Of a stretch of 64,000 nucleotides of DNA, positions 48,301 through 59,274 are shown piece by piece (within the stretch, counting starts at the first letter, position 1; every line of letters starts with the position of its first letter). The DNA is taken from positions 6,216,613-6,280,612 of the forward strand of contig NC_092392.1 in assembly GCF_030028105.1 (NCBI RefSeq), read 5' to 3'. This DNA comes from Mobula birostris. Lineage: Eukaryota. Below the pieces are notes generated by a model that saw only the letters and a program-made list of their open reading frames with translations, was not told the origin of the DNA and made no database searches. Position numbers and translations under genes: made by a program.

Positions 48301-51300
48301 TACAAATGTGAGGAACCCATTGATTACCCAGAGCTGGTAAGTCAAACCTTACAAATATTGATGAATTCTTCATTCCCCGTCGTCCTTTCTCACCAAACCA
48401 TAATTTTTATCTTTCCTTCACTTCCATTCTCCAGTCAGGCACTGCCTTTTACAGCAGAGGGGGAGAGGTTTGGTTTGGTGAGGCTAAGCACATCAGTTAA
48501 TCCTTCTGAGCATACAATGATATATTACAATGTTGTCCTATCTTGTGTAGGAGACATGATACAAGCGGTGAAATGGACCCGTTCAACATTCCCCTTCTCA
48601 ATCCAGAGATTCAGAAACCAATGTTAATGTCTCTGGTCCAATACCGTGCGAGATGGTCATCTCAAATTTGACCAGAAATTGACCCAGTAGTCCACTGGCT
48701 GACCTGTTTGGAGGTTGCTCCTTGCTGCTTTTGCCTACTGAATTATTATGAGGGTTGGAGTGGATGGGAAAGGAATAAGCAATGTCCAATTATTTAGTGC
48801 ATTACCAAAACACCTTCAATGATTTGTTGCTGCCCATTACCCCGCTGGCATTTAGGGCAGCAATGAAGGTCCCTCCATCTCTGGTGGCGTTCAGGGATTC
48901 CTTCATCGTGTCGGTAGCTTCCTCTCGGTTTTCACCACAATCAATGATGCAATTCCCATGTGGAGACTCAGGAATACCATCACACTGAGATGTAGAAGGA
49001 TTCTTCACTGCTGTTTCCGTAACAATTTTGTTTCACCAGTCAGGGTTGTTAGCCCTGAGCTGAACCCCGGAACACAGGGGACCAGTGGACCATTCTTAGT
49101 CTGTCCTCTATCCTTTGACCTGTTTGGCATGTGTGACCATACCAAGAGCCAAAGCATAAAACCCTGACTCCCGTCAACATAGCTCTCTGGGTCACTGAGG
49201 CAGGCAAGCCTCTAAACCTGATGACAAGGTTGTGGTCTTTCTGGAGGTTCTTCAGTGGAGGATGCTGTAAAGACTCACTGCCTCACAGATAAATTAAACG
49301 TTGTGAAATGGACTGTTTATTAATAACGGACCACGACATCAAGTTTCATTTGGGGCTATCTTTGCCTCTAAGTTAGAAGAATCGGAAAGTTTTCAGGCCC
49401 GTTCCAGTGACTTAAGCAGAGTACAAATTCATGTGGTACTGGAGTAACAAGGATGATGTTGCTCGGCTGAGATGCTGAGAAGCCCTCAACCATCAAGCTC
49501 CTGAACTGGTGTGGATCACTTCACTCACCCCAACACCAAATTAATTCTGCAACCTATGGACTCACTTTCAAGGAGGGACTTTACAAATCATGTTTGCAAT
49601 ATTTATTATTAATTGTCTATTTATTTAGTTTCCCCCTTTTTGTATCTGCACAATTTGTTGTCTCTTGCACATTGGTTTTACCCATCTTTGCTTGTATGCT
49701 TCAATTCTATTGTATTTCTGTGAATGCCTGCAAGAAAATGAATCTCAAGCTGCATGTGGTGACATATATGTACTTTGATAATATTTTGAACTTTGTATTG
49801 AAGGACTGTTGGCTAAATTTGAAAGATCGTGTGGTGCATTTTTGAAGGAAAGCAGGGAGCTCTGACTCTTGGCTAACATTAATCTTTCAACTGTCACCAG
49901 CATGGGATTGAAAAGTGGAAATCTTGGCAGCTGCATCTACCTACAAAATCCCAGGACTTCCAGAAAGTAACTGGAGATTCAAAAATCTTCCCAGCACAAT
50001 CCTACCTAAACAGTGGTAATTCTTTGCAACCCAAGTATGATACAGTCATCTGGTCAAAATACGTACTTGTGGTACATAAAGAAATGGAATAATTTAAAAC
50101 TTTGAATAGACAAATGCTGTTTTGCTGATGGCAAATCTGTACCATGCAAAGTGAAAATCTAACTAATATCACACATCAGTCATTTTATGGCCCCTGTTTT
50201 CCTCTTCACTCCCTATTCCATTACAATCCCAAATTTGAACGGCTCTACAATTGATCTTCCTGCTGCCCTATAAAGACCAGCTATTTCCATCAAGCAGACC
50301 ATTCCCCTCAGCATAATAATATCTCAAGTGAGCAGAAAAAGGTTAAATGTTACATGGTTTGAAGCTTGATGGAGGTGTACAGAATTAATGGCAATGGGAT
50401 GGTCAACGCACTGTTTGATGTGCTAAGTGATAATATCAGTCTCATCTGCAACCTTCTGTGAACTGGTTTATGATGGTGCAAATGACTTAAACCCATAGTT
50501 GCTGGATTGATGCAGGCCGGATTTCTCAGTCTGTGGGTCAGCCTGTGCTCAACAGGCAATATTGTTTATTTGTGAAGGTGTGCTTTTAACTTCAATTTAC
50601 TGCTTTTAACTGAAGACTGGCTCTTAATTGAATTGATATCTGCTCTGTCCACATAACTCCAGAGTACTCCCGAACACTGGCACTGCAAAGCATTGTGTTA
50701 ACTGCTAATCCACTGTAATTCAATAGGTAGATTATATCAATCGATTGAACAGTTCAATACAGATTGGGAGAATGGACAGGAAAGTTGCAAATGAAATACA
50801 ATGTTGGAAAATGTATGGTCTGGTCGTGCACTTTGGTAGAAGAAATAAAAGTGCAGACTATTTTCTAAATGGGTAGAAAATCCAAAAAACCTGAGCTGCC
50901 AAGCGACTTGGGAGTCCTTGTGCAGAACACCCTGAAGGTTAACTTTCAGGTTGAGTCGCAGACAATGCCTCAACTTGCGTATTGTGAACAGTTTTGGGTT
51001 CCTTATCTAAGAAAAGATGTACTGGCATTAAAGAGGGTTCAGAAGAGGTTCAGAAGGATAATTCTGGGAATGAAAGGGTTATCATATGAGGAACATTTGA
51101 TGGCTCTGGGTCTGCACTCGCTGGAATTCAGAAGGATCGGGGGAGAGGGGAGAGAACTCATTAAAGCCTTTCTAATGTTGAAAGGCCTAGGCAGAGTAGA
51201 TGTGGAAAGGTTGTTTCGCATGGTAGGGAAGTCTAGGACAAGAGGGCACAGCTTCAGGATGGAGGTGTGTCCATTTAAAACAGATGCAGACAAATTTCTT

Positions 51301-53728
51301 TAGCCAGAGGGTGGTGAATTTGTGGAATTTATTACCACAGGCAGCTGTGGAGGCCAGGTCATTGGGTGCATTTAAGACAGAGATTGATAGATTCTTGATG
51401 GGACATGGCATCAAAGGTTATGGGGAGAAGGCCGGGGAGGAGAAAAAAAAGGATCAGCCATGATTGACTGGCGGAGTAGACTCTATGGGCCGGATGGCCT
51501 AATTCTGCTCCTATGTCTTGCGGTCTTATATAAGGTATATGTGAATGAAGGAAGCAGTTTAATGGCTTTTGATCTGGAAGGAGCCAAATGAAAAGGCTGA
51601 ACAGCTTTTCTTCATTATATTCCCAGATTTTTTTTAACGGACTATAGCAGTAAGATCTCGTTCTGACTCCGTTTATTCTTTGTTTCAGGAAGGACTTGCT
51701 AATGCTGCTATCAGGTCTTTAAGATCACTGTATGGAACACGTTACAGGGCTGGAACCATCTGTAATATAATCTGTAAGTTGAGTAATCTGGTAATTTAAG
51801 ATGGTAGTGAATACTGGCAACTTGGGTTGACGTTGCAGTTTTCGCTGAGTTTGGCAATTAACCTGCAGACATTTCATCACTCAGTGCATAGTTGTCAATG
51901 TTTCTCTCTGGGAATGCTCATGTCTATATAGGCTCCCATTCACTTGCCTCGGTCCTGATTGGCTACTCCTTCAGTTGACCTTTCAGTTAATGTGGTGTCC
52001 TTCTCGGTCTTCATGTTCTCAGTCTGATAGAAACCCAGATAGTTAACTATTGTTTACAACAAATAACCCCATCTATGCACCTTCCATAATGTAGCAAAAA
52101 TATTATATAATTTCACAGGAGCATTACCAAGCAAAATAGTAATTGATCCTAAACCATGTAGGTGGAAATTAGGGTAGATGGTGAAAAGTTTGAAGAGCAC
52201 AGGGAGTAGAGGCAAGAAGATTTTTTGGAGAACATTACTGACTTTAGGGTCTGGACAGCTAATAGCATGACCACTCGTAGAAGGGAAGCAATTTATATTC
52301 GGAACATCATGCGAACCAGCCTCCTCTGCATGGACTCTGTCTATACCTCTTGCAGCCTGACTAAAGTAGCCTGCATAACCAAATACCCAACGCATATGAA
52401 TATTTTTCCCTTCCACTTTCTCTGCCCATCGTTCAGAAGATACAAAAGCCTGAATGCACGTACCACCAGGCTCAAAGGCAGCCTTGACCCTGTGGCTATA
52501 AGACCACTGAACAGTTCAGGGATGAACTGTTAACATGACAATCTACCACATTCTCATCACGCCCCTTGCTGTCTATTTGCACTACACTTTCTCTGCAGCT
52601 ATTACACTTTATCCCGCATCCTGTTACTGTTTGACCTTGCACTACCTCAATACTCTGTTGTAATGAATTTATCTGTACGGACAGTATGTAAATTAAGCTT
52701 TTCGCGGTACTTTGATATGTGTGACCATAGCAACCCAATTCCAAAAATAAACCAGTTCCAAACTGGGAGCACATAGGATCCGGCAGAGTGAAGGTATGTC
52801 AGAGATTATAGAAACAGTGGAGGAGAAAATATGGAGGAATTCCAAAAGTAATGTAACAATATTAAATTGATGGCTTTTCCTGATTGGCCCGCTGTACTGA
52901 TGGGGATGACTTCACTTGGGAAATGGGACTAGACTGGTCTGGGCTGGTGACTGATGAGGTGTCCAGTGTAAAATAGATTTCCACTATCAGACTGAGCCAG
53001 GACCATATCCACCAGCAAGGCCCTTGTGTCCAGTTGACAATCTCACCTCAGACAGAAAGATGGATTACTGAATGAGATCATGGCTGATGGTTGATCCATG
53101 TGTGACTGTGGTCCCATCAGGAATCAGCTCAGGAGAGATGGAAGAACACCACCATTATCAGGTGGTTTCTATTGTGAGTTCAAGGACCACTCTAAGGATT
53201 TTATCAATACTCCCAGGGTAATAGTGGATTTAAAAAAAATGAACTGGCATTAATTATCTTAGGTAGACACAAAAGGTCCTATGACAGCGAAGATCTCCCA
53301 TTCTGTCTAATGGTTAATCCTCAACTAACATTGTTAAAACAGATTACTTGGCCATTGTTATGTTGATATTTGCAGAAATTTGCTGCCCTTCAAACTTTAC
53401 AACCATGTAAAAGTACATCATTGGACTGAAAAGCACCTTGGATCACCCTAGGGCACTAAATTAATGCAAGTCTATTCTTTGATTTATAAAGATAAATATT
53501 AAAACACTCAGAGCCTGAAATGTTTCTTTCTCTTCCTTTTCAGATCAGGCTAGTGGAGGTAGCATTGACTGGACTTACAACCAGGGCATCAAGTACTCAT
53601 TTGCCTTTGAATTGCGTGACCAAGGTAGATATGGTTTCATGCTGCCATCCCGAGAGATAATTGCAACTGCCCAGGAGACCTGGAGGGCAATGCAGACAAT
53701 CATGCAGCATGTTGCCGACCACTCTTGA
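34510..53728 (+). CDS. CPA2: Pancreatic carboxypeptidase A2-type zinc metallocarboxypeptidase preproenzyme (M14A), 11 exons, 418 aa
   Basis: Exons 34510-34574, 36356-36437, 37745-37879, 38712-38810, 42569-42670, 43053-43154, 43835-43945, 46168-46258, 48137-48336, 51689-51773, 53544-53728 total 1257 nt in frame. Signal peptide [16 protein letters not shown]; zinc ligands HARE (H69/E72) and IHSYSQ (H196); R127, N144/R145, Y248, E270 present; I255 indicates A-type; A268 and the C210/C244 pair are A2-type marks. Confidence 0.92.
34810..34889. mobile_element. hAT/Charlie-type MITE in CPA2 intron 1
   Basis: TIR CAGGGGTTCCCAA/TTGGGAACCCCTG; TSD GCCTAGGT/GCCCAGAT. Confidence 0.75.
35210..35510. mobile_element. 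Penelope-like repeat as inverted arms
   Basis: aaatgctggaggaactcag...gtcgacgtttcgggccgagacc followed by a reverse-complement arm ...agttcctccagcat. Other copies near 8340-8445, 10005-10700, 16455-16570, 45340-45720, 54020-54150. Confidence 0.6.
36356..36437 (+). CDS. CPA2: CPA2 exon 2 ([13 protein letters not shown]...DHLQ)
   Basis: ttgcag|A ... CAG|gtaagg, 82 bp. Confidence 0.92.
37745..37879 (+). CDS. CPA2: CPA2 exon 3 (LDIWRSP...[19 protein letters not shown])
   Basis: poly-C ccag|CTT ... CAG|gtacag, 135 bp. Confidence 0.92.
38184..38510. repeat. Compound (GT)n(GA)n minisatellite
   Basis: Unit cacacagatcaggtgtgtgtttcagtgcRctgggaat-(gt)n-(ga)n, about 4 copies. Confidence 0.9.
38712..38810 (+). 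CDS. CPA2: CPA2 exon 4 (pro/mature junction, ...[11 protein letters not shown])
   Basis: ttttag|GTG ... GAG|gtgtgt, 99 bp. Confidence 0.9.
38973..39105. repeat. 34-bp tandem repeat, 4 copies
   Basis: aaactccagggtcaYagaRctgtacaacagggct at 38973, 39007, 39041, 39075. Confidence 0.93.
41639..42455. mobile_element. Solo LTR in CPA2 intron 4, containing a (TA)n run
   Basis: TGTGACA...GTACGTGATA termini; 4-bp TSD TCCG/TCCA; (TA)n at about 42286-42319. Confidence 0.55.
42569..42670 (+). CDS. CPA2: CPA2 exon 5 (IYYWMDSMV...[10 protein letters not shown])
   Basis: ttgcag|ATT ... AAG|gtatgg, 102 bp. Confidence 0.94.
43053..43154 (+). CDS. CPA2: CPA2 exon 6 ([34 protein letters not shown])
   Basis: gggcag|TTC ... 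AAG|gtaacg; HxxE zinc motif. Confidence 0.96.
43155..43561. repeat. 57-58-bp minisatellite, 7 copies, starting at the CPA2 exon 6 donor
   Basis: gtaacRgacagttcattgggagcgtg...ggtggggccagacg...gtgacaa at 43155, 43213, 43271, 43329, 43386, 43444, 43502. Confidence 0.95.
43835..43945 (+). CDS. CPA2: CPA2 exon 7 (ISSDYGQDP...[13 protein letters not shown])
   Basis: tgacag|ATC ... ACG|gtcagt, 111 bp. Confidence 0.95.
46168..46258 (+). CDS. CPA2: CPA2 exon 8 (NRMWRKTRS...[15 protein letters not shown])
   Basis: ttctag|AAC ... G|gtttgt, 91 bp. Confidence 0.95.
48137..48336 (+). CDS. CPA2: CPA2 exon 9 ([14 protein letters not shown]...[16 protein letters not shown]...PEL)
   Basis: tgacag|GT ... CTG|gtaagt, 200 bp. 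Confidence 0.96.
48820..49250 (-). mobile_element. Second copy of the RTE/Expander-type short element
   Basis: Collinear with 54236-54661. Confidence 0.65.
50760..51530 (+). mobile_element. CR1/HER1-like LINE 3' fragment
   Basis: [24 protein letters not shown]...SRTRGHS and the CR1-type 3' UTR (ggcctaattctgctcctatg). Confidence 0.85.
51689..51773 (+). CDS. CPA2: CPA2 exon 10 ([28 protein letters not shown])
   Basis: tttcag|GAA ... T|gtaagt, 85 bp. Confidence 0.94.
53230..53480 (+). mobile_element. DeuSINE-like (SacSINE1/AmnSINE-related) remnant
   Basis: cctcaactaacatt...aaaacagattacttggccatt...aaagtacatcattgg...aatgcaagtct. Others near 14245-14600, 49355-49480, 54990-55120. Confidence 0.55.
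53544..53728 (+). CDS. CPA2: CPA2 exon 11 ([26 protein letters not shown]...DHS*)
   Basis: tttcag|AT ... TGA, 185 bp; catalytic E270. Confidence 0.95.
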
Positions 53729-53896
53729 CTTCGCAACCAACTGGTACCAAAACACACAGGGTGAAGCAGAGTTCAGATCGGGAGTCAATTTTGGCCCACA
53801 ATGGTTACTTATTCCGTCAACCAAATAATCTGAGCCTTCTGTGTTGCTTCTGGTATTATGTGTACTTCTGTCATGGAATGTAACAAGATCTATTTC

Positions 53897-53902
53897 AATA
53901 AA
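53897..53902 (+). terminator. Polyadenylation signal of CPA2
   Basis: AATAAA about 170 nt after the stop codon. Confidence 0.7.
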
Positions 53903-54235
53903 ACAAAGATCAGAAAGGGATTAAACTTGCTAATACCTGGAATTCAGCGTGTTCTGTGTGAGATGTGGATTTTAATTACAGAAAAGGAACTAAGGGCTGA
54001 AAGTGTAACACTTTAAAAAAAATACTAGAGAATCTGCAGATGCTGGAAATCCAGGGCAAAACGCACACCCCCCCCCCCCCGCCCCCCACCAGGTCAGGCA
54101 GCAGCTATGAAGGGGAATGTCCAGTGTTTGCAGAATTTCCTGTTCCTCTCCTCTTGCTTTCCCAGCAGTCACTGCTTTTCGGATGAGAGAAGCACCTACC
54201 AAGAGCAATGAGTCATCCTCACCACATTTAGTTAC

Positions 54236-54661
54236 CTTACTTACTTACTGACTGTTACACTGTTGGCATTTAGGGCAGCAATGAACATCCTCCATCTCGG
54301 GGTCTGTCAGTGTTCAGGGTTTCCTTCATCATGTCAGTAGCTTCCTCTCAGTTTTCATTACGATCAGTCTTGGGTGGAGACTCAGGAATATCCCTGCATT
54401 CGAATGTTTGAAGGAGTCTTCGTTGCTGTTTCTGCAACAATTTTGTTTTATCGGTCAGAGTGGTTAGTCCTGAGCTGAACCCCTGAACCTGGAGAACTGG
54501 TGGAGCTCTCCAGTCAGGCCTTTACCCTTTGACCTGTTTGGCATGGGTGACCCCCACCAAGAGAGAAAGCATAAAGCCCTGACTCCAGCCAAAGTAGCTC
54601 TCCAGGCCACTGAGGCACGCAAGCCTCAAAACCACAACAAGGTTGTGGTCCTCTTGGAAGT
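54236..54661 (-). mobile_element. Short non-autonomous RTE/Expander-type element
   Basis: (TAAG)n tail; 11-bp TSD CATTTAGTTAC at 54225-54235 and 54662-54672; second copy at about 48820-49250. Confidence 0.7.
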
Positions 54662-55561
54662 CATTTAGTTACGTAGATCACATTTTACATAAAAGGGTGT
54701 GTTGTATTAGGATGAGGAACTCAAGGCCATCCAACTTCTCAGACCAGTTCTTCTATTCATTAGGTCATTGCTAGTCCAAACCAAACCCAACTGTGTTTGG
54801 TGACCTTTTCCTGTTAGATACCATTGGATCACAATAAAAACAATGATTACTGCCTTTGGCAAAGTCCTTCTACAACTGACTTTGCATTGTGTCACAAACA
54901 CGAGATTCTACAGATGCTGAAAATCTTGAGCAACACACGAAAATGCCAGAGGAAATCAGCAAGTCAACACATTGCATTGCATCAACCATCTTGAATAGAA
55001 GAAACAGAAGTCTGTACCCTTCAACTTTCATGTCCTCCAGGCATCCCAAAATATTTTACAGGCAATGAACTATTTGGCAATGCAGTCATTGCTCTAAAGC
55101 AGGAAAATGCACAAATGATCACTTCTCCTTTCTGAAGTGCTATGAGCTGAACAATGAATGTGGGTTAGATTATGAGGAATACTGTACAGTTCTTCAGTTT
55201 GCTTCATGTCACTTTGCAAATCCAGTTGGCATCTGTTCCTTTAGTTGCCTGGTTGGAGCAGGAATCCTTTCTCACAACTGGCTCAGTAGTAAGTGTACAA
55301 TTAAATAGTGAGTTCTTGAACAGAACAGTGACAGTACAACACACTACTGCCAACAGTTTTCCATCTCTTTTTATCCTGCCCACAACCTCAGACTTTCTCC
55401 GGCATTTCTACATTGATATCAGGTAGCTCTCAGTTCTTGGCGTGCCTCATAGTGACAGTGGGATGGGGTGTGACAAGAGAAACTGGAGCAAAAAATACCA
55501 GTAATCAGTTTGGAAAATAAAGATTTTCACTATGCATTATCTTATGTTAGAATATTGGATG

Positions 55562-55567
55562 TTTATT
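55562..55567 (-). terminator. Polyadenylation signal of SMKR1
   Basis: AATAAA on the minus strand about 30 nt after the stop; a second AATAAA overlaps the stop (55600-55595). Confidence 0.55.
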
Positions 55568-55595
55568 TCTCTTTATAGTTCCTTATTTAATCAGT

Positions 55596-55844
55596 TTATT
55601 TCCTTCCCTTCTTTTTGGGTCTTCCTGGCCAGGGGAAACCTCGATAGGCAAGGGCGGAGGGCACATTGTGTGCAATGTAGTACAGGTTGAACATGGCTGC
55701 AGGACTCAGAATATCCACTTCCACCTGGGCTTTGGAAGCTTTCTCCTTCTTCTTCTTCTTCTTCTTCTTGCCACCTCCACCCTTCTTGCCACCTTTCTTC
55801 TTGGCACCTGTGCTCTGTGTCTTGGGCTTGCTGCCTTTGGCAGG
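55596..55844 (-). CDS. SMKR1: Small lysine-rich protein 1, main coding exon
   Basis: Acceptor tttttgttgcag|CCT; PAKGSK...[33 protein letters not shown] matches the recalled SMKR1 core [20 protein letters not shown]...RGFHWPG; ends in TAA. Confidence 0.93.
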   Translation of the reverse strand, partial: PAKGSKPKTQSTGAKKKGGKKGGGGKKKKKKKKEKASKAQVEVDILSPAAMFNLYYIAHNVPSALAYRGFPWPGRPKKKGRK

Positions 55845-56526
55845 CTGCAACAAAAAGCAGGCCACTTGGTTTATTGCACCGAATGGCTGCACACAATGGA
55901 AGGTCCTGTGTCCCTCCTACCCCTACCACCACTACCACAAGCCCAATAGAAACTTGGAGCTGATGGAGATCTGTTAACGTCCTTGGTTGTTGTCCAACCA
56001 TGCCTCACAGGGTGGTTTTCCAAGTTCTGTACGGCATTTTGTGGGCAGAACAGTGGACAGTTCTGGCTACCATGCTATAGGATGGGTGTCATTAAACTGG
56101 GAAGGGTAAGAAAAGATTCAGAGGGATGTTACTGGGACTAGAAGGTTTGACCTATAAGGAGAGATTGGATGGTCTGGGACTTTTGTTTCCTGGAGGGTAG
56201 AGGTGAGGGATACCTAACAGAGGTTCATAAAAGCATGAGAGGCACAGATAAGGTGATTTATCCAAGGCACTGCCAGCATAAGGTGGCATCAGAATCTATG
56301 GATTCTCACTACTGGGGATCTGGGGAAAAGAGAGTGGAGGGTCAAGACTGTCAGTAAATGAGTGTTACACAACTATCACTGGTCAACAAAGGAGGTGGAT
56401 ATATCTTTGGAGGTTTTTTTTGCCTTATTCAGAAGCACAGGACTTAATGGGCATGTTATGGATGGTGAATATTTTCCATCTTTTAAGTATAAATGTCCTT
56501 TAAGAAGAATTTATTTAATACTGTAC

Positions 56527-56585
56527 CATTATAAAAATGTTTGAATCACAGTATCCTCCTAGTCCCGATCGGGGGCAATCATCTC
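56527..56585 (-). other. SMKR1: Predicted SMKR1 exon, 5' UTR ending in the initiator ATG (56529-56527)
   Basis: Strong acceptor ctgtttctctccag|GAG; ends ataATG|gtacag, a phase-0 join giving M-PAKG. Confidence 0.6.
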
Positions 56586-57989
56586 CTGGAGAGAAACAGT
56601 AATTGAACAGTCTCTGTCACTGCAGTCAATTAATCTTTATCACCAAAACAACTTCCATTGTATCCCCTAGTTCAGCCCATCTTCGGCCTTAATCCTTCTC
56701 CTGATCTGTGCCACTGTCAGACCCTGTTATTCCAGTAACGCTATGGACAGGAGCTGTAAACGTACAAATACCTGTGACCAAACCATGTTCCACACACCAA
56801 GCTCCCACTGCCCCTCATGAACCTGTAATGGACACTTATCCAAAACCCCAGCCTCAGATTTAAGTCACATTTGTATTGCCTCAGCCCTAAACTGTGCAAC
56901 CACCTCCGAACTTTCCCTTGCAGTGATCTGATCATCTGTGGAACTTGCAGCAGCTCACCGTCACTCTCTCTGGAACTCCTCCTCTCTTCTAACTTTTAGA
57001 ACACCACCCCCTTCATCCCCTACAGACAAGTTCATTTTGACACCATTTAGAACACCATCCTTTCATTCCCCATGGATTCCTGAATGGTGGAAGAACCAGC
57101 TTCAAAGACTCCGTGCTCTTGCCTTGCTTCCATGTTCCTAATACATGAGAAGGCCACTCAATTGTGCATGAAGAATGCCTCCTCAGTTCCATCCTCCTGC
57201 ATTGACTTACTTCCCTCAAAGTCTTTGGCTAGCAACATTGATCCATTTCAGAACTGAACTAATTGCTAGCTGACCCAAACTAACAGGGAACCTAAGGCAA
57301 GATCGCCAGTGTCCAGGAGATCTAGGTGGATGAGATATACAAGGAGAAAAAAAATTCCTAAAACAAAAATAAAATAATGCAGCAGCAGAAAAGCTGAAAT
57401 AAACCCAATCGTAGTGTGGGGAAACACTGGGCGATATTCTTGAAGGCAGAAACATTTCAGGTGAGCGACCTTTCCAAGTTGTGTACTGTATTTCGTGGGT
57501 AGAACTGGTTACATTGCTATAGCATGGGTGTCATTAAACTGGAAAAGGTGAGAAAAGATTCACAAGAATGTTACTGGGACTAGGTTTAATTTATAAGGAG
57601 AGATTGGATAGTCTGGGACTTTTCCCCTTGGACGGTAGAGGCTGAGGGATAGATAACAGAGGTTCATAAAATCATGAGGCAAAAGTTTTGCCCCAAGGGT
57701 AAGGTGGGGGGGGGTCTAGCACTAGAGGTTAAAGTGAGAAGGAAAGATTTTAAAGTGATTCCAGGGGCAACTTTTTTACTCTGCGTGGACCAGTTGCCAG
57801 AGCAAGTGGTAGACAGGTACAACTACGGCACTTGAAAAGACATTTGGACAGACGCATGGTTAAGAAAAGTTGGATGTTTATGGGTTTAACACTGAGAACT
57901 GCGACCAGGACAGTTGGCCATTTTGGTCGGCATGGACGAGCTGTGCAGAATGGCCTGTTCTGTGCTATATGACTGGAGTCACAGCATCT

Positions 57990-58680
57990 CGGGACCTTCC
58001 TTCTCGTCCTCTCAGCCGATTTCCGAAATAATTACGTATCTCCCCGGCTCATGTGTTACAATGTCACCACCTATCGCCCGTCATCCCCGGATTTCCTAAA
58101 ATGCGATGAGCCGTGCTCGACATCGCCATCTCCACTGAAACGTTAACTGTAACCTCATCCTCTCTCTGCCAGTATAAAGACTCGCCGCGGCGCCCGGTCT
58201 GACTGTCCAGACGAACCCAACCCCACGTAGATGCCCAGGGACACTGTCCAGTCATCGGAAGCCCAGAGCAGGACATAGAGCTGCAGGTAGCATCCCCGGC
58301 GGGGCAGAAGGCTTTGCAGCAACGTGTTCGTCCCGGAGGCCGGAATCCGGAGGGCTGTCCGTCGCTCCCTCCCTCCGAGGGACTTTCTGGGCACTTACCT
58401 ATCCCACCGTTCGTCTGGGGTTCGAGTCGGAACCGGGACAGTGCAAACCTGCGCTCCTGGCTCAGGCAGAAAACAACTGTTTACTACGCGTCTCCGTAGA
58501 AACCAAAAACAGCACGGAATCTCCCGCGTAATTAACCGAGGAAAATATCCCGGGGAGGGCAGCTCAGGGTTAAATCACCGAGGGTGGCGAGCAAATAGCC
58601 AGTTTCCGCAGAATAAGTATTCCAGCGGCAGATATGCAAGTAAACCGCCCCCTCCCGCGCCCCGTGGTAGTACCTAGGTG
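57990..58680 (-). promoter_or_regulatory. CpG island, probable SMKR1 promoter and non-coding first exon
   Basis: CpG-dense; consensus minus-strand donor AG|gtaagt at 58399. Confidence 0.6.
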
Positions 58681-58749
58681 ATAAATACCCCTCCCGAGAA
58701 CTAACACCCATTGCATAGCATGTGTGGCAGGGATGCATGTCTCCAGTGT

Positions 58750-59240
58750 ACAGCTCGTTAAGGAGTGTTCCTGATCTTCGAAATGAAAGGGTTAATGTGA
58801 GAGGTGTATTTGATAGCTCTGGACCTGTACTGTTTACAAAAATGGGGGGAGGGGTGGGAGAGGGGGTACCTTATTGAAACCTACCTAATATTGAAAGGCC
58901 TAGATAGAGTGGACAGGCAGAGGATGTTTCCGGTAGCGGGCAAGTTTAGGACCCAAGGGTACAGCCTCGGAAAAGAAGGACATAAAGCTTCTTTAGAACA
59001 GAGATGATGAGGTGGAATTTCTTAATCCAGACAGTGGTGAATCTTTGAAATTCGTTGCCACAGACAGCTGTGGCGACCAAGATGTTGGGTATATTTAAAG
59101 TGGAGGTTGATAGGTTCTTGATTAGTCAGGGTGCAAAGGTTACAGGGAGAATGGGGTAAGAGGGAAAATGGATCAACCATGATGAAATGGTGGAGCAGAC
59201 ACGATGGGCCAAATGGCCTGATTCTGTCCTATGGTCTGTT
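58750..59240 (+). mobile_element. CR1-like LINE 3' fragment
   Basis: LIETYLILKGLDRVD...RTQGYSL and 3' UTR. Similar fragments at about 4225-4590, 6330-6550, 8310-8800, 19510-19750, 57500-57970, 62510-62950. Confidence 0.75.
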
Positions 59241-59274
59241 CTGTACAGTTCTGATCTCCACATCCAGGAAGATG

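Noticed and set aside
55591-56001. 136-aa overlapping ORF with a poly-Glu run
   Set aside because: Alternative frame of the SMKR1 (AAG)n exon.
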